Assembly (NCBI RefSeq): GCF_036321535.1
Contig: NC_087436.1
Span: 71,736,001 to 71,800,000, forward strand
DNA length: 64,000 nt
Direction of reading: 5' to 3'
DNA from: Camelus dromedarius
Lineage: Eukaryota
Shown here: positions 43,301-55,300 of the stretch, in pieces
Position numbering within the stretch: position 1 is the first letter of the stretch
Layout: each line of letters begins with the position of its first letter
The notes under the pieces: generated by a model
The model's input: the letters and a program-made list of their open reading frames with translations, nothing else
Databases searched by the model: none
Told to the model about the DNA's origin: nothing
Program-made: the position numbers and the translations under genes

Positions 43301-46300
43301 ATGTTTGTGCACGTGCATATGCATGATGCAGGAATGGGTTGCAGGGAGGTAATTGGATGTTTTTAATCCTGTTCTTTCTTTGGGTCATCTCTCCTCTCCC
43401 CATATAAATGAGAATAAACGGGTAAAGCATTTTTACAATATGACAAGTATCTGTCATATTTCCTGAAAAGTTATGTGTGCTAAAAAAAAATTTTACATGA
43501 AAACACCTGGAACACATAGGCAAAATTTAATTGTTTTTTGTTTGGTAAACAAATCAACAGAAAAACTACTTTACAAATTTCTGATAATTCTGATCAGCAT
43601 AAAAATTATACAACTGGTAAATCACTGTTGATAACTATACTCAAGAACATCAGGTAAATTCTGATAGCATATCAAAATTTTAAAAATATTCACTGGTATG
43701 GAATGTCTATTCTTCATTTAATTGGATAAATAATGTTTAATTCTAAACATTCTTTGGTAGTTCAACTGACATAATAGAAAGAACACCATTATGATCTAGA
43801 TCAATGGTCACAGAAGTAATATCAAATTTGGGATTTGGAGCTATTGTACTTCAATCTTCATAAGACATCTAATGTTTTTAAAATTATATTCCCAATTATT
43901 ATAACCAGGTGGTGGTGATTAGTAGTAATTTTCAAGTCCATAGAAAAGATGTATACTTCTTAATATAAGAATCTTACAGTTCTCACTAGTAATTAATAAC
44001 TTTTTTTTCAATGTAATTATTGACCCTCCAAGATTAGCAGAGGCTTAAAATTTCACATATTACTGTTGAGGTGATACTAAAAGAGGACTGGAAACCTATC
44101 TCATTAGCTGGTTTTTTAGTTTCTGAATGTTAGCTAAATATCTCAATACTATACAATTTAGTTTTCTTTCATTCTTTTTAAAAATAAAAGCTAAATTATG
44201 TGTAATCTCATCATACTATGTCATGCTATTAAAACAGTTTCAAAATTAGAAAAATTCAATCATCTTTTAGGTGTAGATCAAAGAATTAAAAGAGGGAAGA
44301 GAACAAATGAAAATGATCAAAATTCACCTATTTACTCCCTTTGTTTTTTCCTTTTTCTTTCTTTTCAAGATCTTTTCTTTACTTTTTTTTAATGAACAAA
44401 ATCATCCTTTTCAGTGTAGTATTCTTATGATTTATAATCCTGTAAAATCTCATTCTACTACTTTGTTACAGAGCTTGAAAAATAAGTACCCCAAACAACT
44501 ACTAAAACAACCTTCTAAAATATTTCTCTTTGCCGTTGAAACTAATTATAATGGAATAAATTTCTCTGGCTACCCATTTAAAGATACATCATTTATGATA
44601 CTGTCAGGGGACCACACCTTCCCACAATACAATTAGAAAGAAACTACACATTAACATTCATAGGGGATAAAATCACTGACATACAGTATAAACAAACTGT
44701 ATTTGGTTTGGCACTTTATTATTGTTGTAAAAGTGTTTATGTGTCTTGTTTTATTAAAATATCCATCAGGTGTGAAGTCTGATCCATTAGGATATAAAAT
44801 ATTTCTGTTCACAAATAAGCCTTCTGATGTACCCTACTAGTTTTTGCACTTCAACTTCTATCAATTTCCTGGTTTACTGGTGTAAATACAGAAGCAAAAA
44901 TTCTATCAGTATTCTGAACTTAAAGAGAAAAAACAAAAACAAAAACAAAAAAATCAAACATCCACCCAACTACTGACAAACCTAGATTCCCAGCCTACCC
45001 ACCTAAGCCAGAAAATTTCGGTCACTTGTATTGAATGCGCTAATCTTTAATTTGACCTGTATCCGTCTGAGAATTTCTGAGATTGAACTAATATTTCTAA
45101 AAATATACATGGGTCAAGAGTCCAGAAATAGTTCTCAAGCTGGGTAACGTCAAAAAATTCTGGCACATTCTTACTCGCCTTAAGCAAATCATATTTGATA
45201 CCTGCTCATAACAATATAAACCCACCTGCCATGATGTCATCCAGCGTGTCATTGAGGGTCTGAGCAGGGCTGGCTACCATTAACCCTTGTTGTGTTTCTG
45301 TCAGAATTCCTTGCCCCAGCCCTGCCAACTGTGCTTGGCCCAGTACTGGCTGTCCAACTATCACTCCTTGCAGTTCTGTAAGATTTGCGATGGACCCTGG
45401 AGGCAAGGGACCTGCCGCCAGAGGCAAAGCTTGAGGCATGGCCAGAGGCTGGATTGGTGCAAAACCCATCTGAGCAGCAGTCTGCTGGGGTTCATCTTTA
45501 AGCAAAACAGGATCCACTTGCTGCAACCGTGCATAGTCTCCCTCTGAAAGCTGTTCTCCAACCCCAACAGGAGTTAGTAGTCCCAGATGTTGGCAAGACT
45601 GTTGCTGCTGCTGCTGAAGTTGAATTCTTTGAGCTTTAACCTCTAGATACTGCTTTTTTAGCTGCTGCTGAGTTTTCAGTTGTAACTCTCGTTCTACTTT
45701 CTGGAGTTCCTCCAAAATCTTTTGCTTCTTCTGAATTTGTTCCTCCCTTGTTTTGTTCAGCTCCTCGATCTTCTCCTTGGTAAGTTGGTCAGCATGAGCC
45801 AGTTCCAAGGACTGCAGCTGTGCATTCTTTTCTATGGCTTCTTTTATCCTCTGTTCCAGTTCTGTTAACTTTCCCTGAGCCTCTTCTACAATGCTCTCTG
45901 GAGACTGATTGGTGATGTAACCCTGTACATCCTGGCTGTTTGCTGGCAAATGGCTGCTGGACTTTTGTTTAGAAGCAGCTGTGTGAAAAAGAAACCCCCT
46001 CAGAAGTGCACATGAATGGCATCCTCATTACAGAGTTACTGTTGGGAGGTTTAGTGCCAACAGTTATGCACCAAGTCATTATATCCATAGAAGGTGAAAA
46101 TGCACTGTTAAGGAATTAAAAACAAATCCACCTTCTTTATCATAAATATAAAATGTATGTATTTTATGTGCATAGAGGAATCTTTGGGAAATTAATTTCA
46201 GAATTTTAAAAATATTACATGGCTAAAATTAGACAATAGAGGGATGCAGGTTTGTGATATCTAAGTGGTGCAATTAAAGTAAAATCTAAGGCTGTGTAGA

Positions 46301-49300
46301 CAGATACCTCGTCTGATCATAAAGATGTAAAAACTTATCATAAGAACAGAAAAATAATGCTAAATTATTAAGATGTAGGGAAAACTTAAACCTCTAAGTC
46401 AAAGTTTTTCTACATTTAATAGTTTGTGCCTTTTAAACACACACACATACACACAGAGTACCAAAAAGCATTGAGAAGTACCAGGAAATTAAACTCCAAC
46501 TAAAATATATGTCTTTGCTGGGGACTACCATCTTCAAGACTGATAAAGGTAAGATATAAATTCACATATTCACAAAGCTACCTGGCCAGTAGAGAACTGG
46601 GACTCAGTTTCCCTGGAAGAAAAGATGCTGAACTATGACATCCACTGTATCTCCTGACAGCCAGGTGAATAAACATATCTGGCTATGGGTATAGCAATCA
46701 TTTGTTTGCTATACCAAGTCAAAAAGGTACAATGCTCTACATTGGTAGTGGTGATTGAAAAGAATTGGTGGAAATACTTAGGGTTCTTGTTGGTAAAATA
46801 ATAAAGGTAGCCAGAAACCAAAAAATTAAAACCACATTGGTTCCTCAAGTAAAACTTTTAAAAGGAAAAACTGATTCAAACTGGTAGCTGTAATCTTCTG
46901 GGATATAACTTATGAACATGCATGGTATAACATCCACAAGTCAAATATGGACCTCAGAGTTCTAGAGAAACAAACAAGCATATCTGAAGTAACTTTGAAT
47001 TGTTGGTTGAGAAAAGGTATTCCAGATATAAAATCTACATTAAACCAGTTATTCTAAAGTAAAATTTAATTTTGACCTAGCTTGTTAATCTTATGCCTTA
47101 TATCACTCAGAAATTTTAGTAATTTACAAAAATGTCACCCAATTATACCAGCCTAACATTTTAACATGAGTAGAAATGACTAGTTATTAGAGAAAATTAC
47201 GGATAATCAGAATTGCACCAAAGATGAGCATCTGAATTTCTACTGCTAATACTTCTGATTCCAGCACAAACTAGTACTATTAACTATCTTCTCTCCCAAT
47301 AACATGCTTTCTTCATTGGTAAAAAAAATTCCTTAATTATGCCAACCTAGTAAAATTCATTTTTTGTGGAAAAATAATTTGGTAATCTTATCATTTTTAC
47401 TTGGACAACATGTAAGAAACAGTTTTTAGAAGTATAACTGACCTTTATTCCTGATGGGAAGAGTAGTGGCAACATTGGCAGGTGGTTTGTCAGGTTCCTG
47501 AGGTGGGACAACCATGGGCAGTGCTTGAACTGGTACACGAGGAGCCTAACACAAATAAAACTGATTATATTTCTGCTTTTCCTACAACTTCCATTATATA
47601 AGATGCTTTAAATAAAGAATAAGTTACAGAGATCTATTCCAAACAATTTTGATATGACAATATCAGACAGTAACTTATTTCCTTAAAATATGCTGGTACC
47701 AAATTATTTTATGTGATATTTTTTTAGTGGACTTTGAATTCAAAAGGTTATTATGGCCATAGTAAGAAAGCAAAACAGGGGGAAGGGTATAGCTCAGTGG
47801 TAGAGTACCTGCCTAGCATGACTGAGGTCCTGGGTTCAATCCCTAGTACTTCCATTAAATAAATAAACCAGTTACCTCCCACCGCAAAAAAATAAAATAA
47901 TGCCTTTTATATTAAAAAAAAGAGAAAGCAATGCAAAATCATATCAATCTAGAATTTAACTATTACACCCGATGTTCATTAACCATATCAAGTACGTATC
48001 TCTAAAGAGAACCATATATTAATTACAAAAAACAATCAATCTAGTTTAATCTGGAACTATGAGCAAAGGTGGGGATAAAGATGATATAAAATGTTTTAGT
48101 TTAGAATCTTACCCTATTTAAATCGTGGGATGGGGGGGTTAACTGAGTGACATCTGGTGGAGGGGCTGAAAGCAAGTTATTAGGGTAGTCCAAAAGATAG
48201 CAAACAACGCTTGTATGGCCACCTTTTGCTGCTTCTATCAACATAGTCGAGCCATCCTAAAAGAGTGGATATGGAAGAGGAAAAAAAAAATTTTTTAAAG
48301 TTAATTTACAGAACCAGTAAGGAAGATAAAGCCAACAGGCCCCAGACACATTAAAATTTAAGGTTTGGTAAAGAACACTTTCCTCTAAAAACAGAAGACA
48401 ATGAAAACACTGATGATGTCAATGTACGTGGAACTTTTGATAATATTTTGTTAAGCTCAAGAGTAAAGATTAATTCACAATGCTACTTAAAACACTGGAG
48501 TTACATACTTTTAAACGGTGAGTAGGATCTGCCCCATGAGCCAAAAGTAGTTCCACCACTGTCAGGTGACCCCCTGCACAAGCCAGGGATAGTACAGTAT
48601 GGTCATTATTAGCTGTGGTTCTATTCACATTTGCTCCTAAAACAGACAAGGCATGGAAAATTGTTTAATAGGATGTGGTTTCTTAAATTATGGTAAATTT
48701 CAAAATCAAAGAGTAGAGAAAACAGTATAATGAAGTCCCACATACCCATTACCCAGCTTCAATGATGATAAACAAGGCTAATCTCATTTTACATATAGCC
48801 ACATCAATTCTCCTCCCCACCTTGAATTATTTCTAAAGCAAATCTCAGACAAACATGATATAATTTCATCCATAAATATTTCCGTATGTACCATAAAAAG
48901 ATGATGATAGAAGTATATATTACTCCTAATATAATCATTGTTTTAAAAAAGTAAAATATAACATTTTATCCACATTTTAATATCTTCTGTGGGAAAGATG
49001 ACTAAAAACCAGTAAAAATAAACCACACTGCCCTCTATGGGCAATATATGGAGAGAATTAACAAAAAATAGAAAGTAACAGTAGTATAATCCATTTTTAT
49101 TGGGAAATATCAGAATAAAAACAAGTCTATTTCCCCCTAAATATGAATTCATCCCTGATTTGAAGCACTGTGCTATGCATGTGGGAAATAGAAATCAAAT
49201 AACAGGAAGAAACCGAAATCAGAGTTATTAAAATTAACCAAAAAAGAGAGGCAATAATGACTGAAAATAATTCCATTCTTGAGAATACAACGTGTTATTT

Positions 49301-52300
49301 ATAAACATATACCACAAGTAAGTGTTCGAATTGCCTAAAGCAATTTGACCAGCAAGTTACTTCTGACTTATTTTATTTATCTATAAACAATTAAAACTTG
49401 AGATTTCTTTAGTATTTTTGGTAAAAAGAAAACAGCACTTATTGCCTTTTTAATTGTATATGACCTACACAGTCTCTCTGATTACATGTTGAATCAAAGG
49501 TAAAATCTTTAGTCTCCTACACTTAGAGTATGATGAAATCTTTAATCTCTTATATTTAAGTTTATGAAAAATTTTAACTTGAACTTATGTAGTAAACATC
49601 TAAGAAACAATTTAAAGGAAGTAATAATATGCTACTTTTGTTATTAAAGATTTTGGTATTCAAAGTAGAATTAATGACCATGAATGAAAATCCTCCATGC
49701 ATTTTGGCATATTTGTTCCATTTCAATTTTGAACTTTTGTTTTTGGTGCTATATTTATGACAACTTCCATATATTTTACAAAGAAGGAGACTTAGGCCCA
49801 AGGAAATATGAATTAGAAAAGTGATTTGCCATCAAGTTAATCAGTGGCATAAATATTATAAAAATCCAGGTTTCGAGATATATTATTACATGAACAGAAC
49901 AGACTTTAAGCTATCCAAACCCTCAAAGTTTTACAGAAGAAATTTGTCTTTATTGAAATGTTTTTCAATAAAGATGGTACTTGATATGTCAACTCTTCAT
50001 ATTTTGGAATGATTCTATGTGTTGTAGGATGTTTATCAACTACGCAATCACAAAATCTCAACAGCATCCCTCTACCATGTGATACCTCAAAATGTCCTTT
50101 ACCTCTAAATCTCTCAATACCCAAGGGCAGGGGATAGACACTTCTAGGAAAAATTACTGCTTTACACAAACCTACCTTTACTAATTAAGAACTGAACGGT
50201 ACAAACATGACCAGCTCTTGCAGCTTTCATTAAAGGAGTTCTTCCACCTTCAGACTCATGTTCCTGTTTAAAAAACACATTTACTTGATACTTATATTCT
50301 AGAGAACGATTGTTCTTTTTCAAAAAAATCAAAAGGAAAAGAATTGGACTAATTTTTGAATCTAAATATATTAAGTAACATGCTTTGAAGCAAATTAAGG
50401 AATACATTTTTTAATTTAAACAATCTCAAATTAGAAACATTCTATGGAAATAATTTAGGAACTAGAGTTATATTCACATGATTGTTATGATCTCATCTAA
50501 ATCTATCCAGGTAATTTTTCCTCTCTCTACAAAAAGGATTGTGGAACTTCAACAGTGAATGGCACTCTAGCACAGCCTTCTCCAAAAATCAACATTATTG
50601 GCATTATCCTCATCTACTGCAATTGATTTTCTTCTCGTAAATGTGTATTCTATCTGTGTGAATTTCTCTAAGTACATCACTCCCTCTCTTTACAGACTTC
50701 CCATTAGCTCTATTTTAGCTTTCATAAAAATAACAAGGCTAGTGATAATTTAAATATCTCTAATACCATCAATTACAAGATATGACTAGAGATTTATGGG
50801 TCTCAAGAGAATGGAGAACCAATTGCATTATTACAATTGATATTATTAGCATAGGAAAAATGTCCCAATCTTACAGTATAAAGGTTTGAGAAAAAATACC
50901 TTTTATAAAGCATTTTATATATAAATATTTTTTACATATGATAATTTTTCTCTTAAGTCATACACTAAGTTGTTTTAATTGCAATTAACTAAGTAAGATT
51001 ATATTGCTATATGTTCCACAGCCACTGTGGTAAACACTGGAAATAAAGTTGCTAGGCTGAAGAAGCTCAAAACCTAATAAGGAGAAATATGCATGTAATT
51101 AGTTAGAATAATATAATGTGCGTCGGAAGTTCTCTAAGAGTTGCACCAACACAGAGCAGAAAGAGGCCACAATAGTAATCTAATTTAACCCTCTCCTCTC
51201 ATAAATGAGAAAAAAGAAGTTAAATAAAATTTAAGTTTAAGAAACCAGTTAATGGAGGAGCCTGTTTTCACCTGCATGTGAATTTCTGCTATAAACTGTG
51301 AACTTCCACAGGAAAACACATTGGCTTGTTAATCTCAGCCCCACTGAACACATGGATGCTTATGTCTTAACTAAAGTCTACCTTTCTTACTCCCTCACAG
51401 GCTAAACTGGAAGACTATTTTCCTCACACACATCTGCTTTATTCTTCCCTACCTCTCAGGCTGTACTCATACTATTTCTTCCAACTGGAGCATGTCTTTT
51501 GTCACAATATCGCAACACCTACCTTTCCAACCCTTACCTAGCCCAAAAACATCTGAGATGACGTCTTCACCTCTTCTGAGCTTCTTTACTCTCTGTACTT
51601 TCCCTATGACATCCTTTTATAATATATCTTATAATGACCCCAGTTTTTCAACCTTCTTACTAAATTTAGTTATCTGAGGGAAAATGTTATTTATTAAATA
51701 CTTATCTTTTTAACTCCTTTATTATTTAATAATGCTCTGATACAGGAACAATTGATTTCCTAAGCTACAGTGAAATGCCTCTAAGCTATGTTTGCCTTTT
51801 TATATCAAATTAGAAAAGCTTCTAAAAATAGTTAAGTATTTAAGTGAAAATCTGTATTAATTATTAACATACTGAACTCAAAATTTCCTCTTTTTTTAGG
51901 GGGAAATTGTAGTAAATTGGATAGTACTGCTAATAAAGAATGGACACCAAATAGTGTAGGGAAAAAAATGTGCCTAAATTTAGATAAAGAATGGCAAAAA
52001 GGCCAACATAAAATTAGAAGTAAAGAAAAACCTTTTGTCTATAATCTCCATAGAATTTTAAATTAATTTCTTGTCTTAGTTTTAAATATTAAGGTTTAGA
52101 AAGTGACATGGCTTACCAGATCTGCTCCTGCCTGAAGTAAGACATCTGCTACATCAGTATGACCATTTTCACAGGCATATGTTAGTGCTGTGTCCCCTGT
52201 TGCTGTTGTTGCATGAACATTAGCTCCTGCAGTAGTGTTAGATACACAGCCTTAATAAAAGAATCACAAGACACAAAAGTGGATACTGAAATTTCTTCTA

Positions 52301-55300
52301 GATAAGCCATATCTTCTCAAATTAGACAAAATAGCCTTAACCATTTCTACAAATAGAAAATATTGTCAGTATCTTTAAAAGCAAAAAAGAAAAATATTAG
52401 AAATAGATTACTGCTTAAAATTAAAGCTGCAGATAATTCAAACAGCAATAGGTAAATTATTTATTCAGAATACACACAAAAATTTATCACATTATTTTTC
52501 TGTACACATTGCATTATAATATTTGCACTTATATAAATCATATAAAAAAACTTCTCCCAAAAGCAAAAATGCCTACCTGCAGCTAATAAGTATTTAACTA
52601 ACTCCAAATGGCCCTCTTGCGCAGCTTCCATTAAAGGGGTAGAACATCCTAGTTCTATATCAGCTCCTGCCTTAATTAGAAAGTCAGCCACTTCCAGAAA
52701 GCCTCCACAGCAAGCCAGAGTCAAGGCAGTTTCTTGAGTTTCTTCTGTCTGTGCATTGATATTTGCTCCTAAAATAAAGATTCTAATTACTTAAAGAAAG
52801 TCATTAACTTATTCCAGAGATAAATAAAACATGATTATTTCCTAATAAACTATACTTCAAAAGTGAACATATATATTACTTTACTAAATGATAAAGTGCC
52901 TCTCGCCTACTCCAGGAGACAGTTAAAAAAAAAAAAAAACTATCAAAACCATACCCCTGTTTGATGTACACTGCTGGAATAGGATTTATTCAGCCAGAAG
53001 ATAAAAGCTGGGTGATACAAGAACTTAGAAAATAAACCACATTCCCTCATTATAAAGATTCAACATAATGAAGATAAAGATGTTGATGACAATAATAATA
53101 AATAATATTGACTATGCTATTATTTCTCAGGTAATATTGAATGCACTTTTACATATTATTATTAGCTCTATTTTATAGCTAAGGAAACTCAGGTTAATTA
53201 ACTTGTCCAAGGTCATGACAACATTATAATTATCACTACTATCACCATCACCACAGCTAATACTTAACAGGCACTATATGACAGTGTTCTAAAAGCTTTA
53301 TACAAATATATAATACTCTCACAACAACCCTACAGAAGAAAAAAATTGAGGTACAGAGGTTAGAAATTTGCCTCAAGTAACAAAATTAGCAAGCAGTAGG
53401 TTTGATTCAAATCTAAGAAGTCTGCTTCAAAAACTATGCTTTTAAAATTCTGTATTCTAGATACTACCTTTCAGTAAAAACGGTTTTTAAAAAATGTGCC
53501 ATTCCTCTTAAATTTGTCCAAACAAAATCTTCACTACTATGATAGATATAAAATTAAGCTACAAATATGGATAGAGATGGGAGATTACTTCTAAATTTAA
53601 GGTATCTTAATACTGTAAAGTAACTCACTTTTCCCAAAAGAGAAGCCCAGTGTGTACTGAGCTCCTTGACAGCCTCTTATATGTGCATTCTTGCATTTTC
53701 ATCTAGTTAGACCTTATGGCAGATTTCCCATACTGCATTTTATGGAACACTAGATACATCAAATATTTATTAATAGTGATTCTGCCCCAAGAGTCAGTCT
53801 CTCAATGTATTAGCTGCAGAAATGCTGAATATCATATACGCTCCTATATAACCTACAACCCTACCCCAGCCCTAGTCCTTATTTTTATTTACACAGTACA
53901 CGTGTCTCTAAAAGCTCTATACTAAAGACATTCATTTGGTTTTGTTTATTAGCACAGTATGGGAGCTACTTTCAAAGCAAATACTTTAGTTTTTGTGATA
54001 GGACCTCATTAAAAATCTACTAGAAATAAAAATCAATGAAATACAATTTTTATAAAATTATAATCCTACATCTTACACATTTATGCTTTAGTGTCTTGAC
54101 TGGTATTGGTTACCTTGTCCTAGAAGTAATGCCACCATTTCTTCATGTCCTTCACGAGCTGCTTCCATCAGTGGTGTATAACCTTCATCATTGACCTCTT
54201 CCAGGCTAGCTCCTCTTTCAATAAGTAAAGCTGCAAGCTCCACATGCCCACCACATGCAGCCAAAGTCAATGGTGATTCAAATGAATCAGCAGGCATGTT
54301 CACTTGGGCACCACTGTCAAGAAGTAACCTAGCTACTTCAACATGGCCATCCTAATTATAATGCAATCAAAAAATTAAATCAGCACCATTAAAAAAAGGT
54401 TTAAAAATACTTTTCAGTTGCTATACACTGAAGTTTACTGATTTACATTCAAATAAGAATTAACAAATCTGCATTTAACAGTTAAGTAAGCAAGTACTTA
54501 TTAAGAATTATCTATACTTTTAGTATAAAGTAGTAAGTAGAGATCGAGAATATAAACATGTAGAAAATGATACCTTCAATCAAGAAGTTCATTAACCATC
54601 AGGAAAAAAAAAAAAACAGTAAGTATATGAAACAAGAGACTACTGTGAGATAACATCAACACTACATATTATAAGCCTAAATGCTAAAAGGGTAAAGTTT
54701 AGAAAGGGAAGGTAGGATTTTCATAGAAACCTGAAGGACAAGCCAATTTATGATTAGTGAGAAAAAGAAAAATGCAGTACTTTTTGGAGCAGTGGGGGAA
54801 TTGAGCATGTTGTGTTAGGGAAACGGGAAAAAAATATGTACAAAGCACTTCTTTTGTTGCTCAACATTCAAATGCCAGTGAAAATTAAGAAAAAGAAAAG
54901 AATTTCTTTTAGTATCTTCTGCTTCCTTTACTGGTCTCCCTTTCCCACAGCTTTCCTAACTACTGACAACTCCAAGGATCTGTTTTCCCTTCTTTCTTCC
55001 TTTGATACACTTTTTCCTTCTATTTATTACCTCACAGACATTTCATCTTCTTTTGAACATGTCATGCCCATCTTTGTCTTGGTACTTGCCATATTACACA
55101 ACTTTAATGTCCTATTTCTAAGGTTACTTTGCTGTTCTCCCTCCATAAGTTTTCTCCCTCTATAAATAGTCAACTCCTACATTTCCTTTAATACCCAATT
55201 TAAAACCTCAATGTCTTAGCAAGCCTCCAAATGTCTGGCCCCTACTACTCTCTTTCATCTACTTATAATACTTATCTCCACTGCTTGCAGGTTAGGTCTA

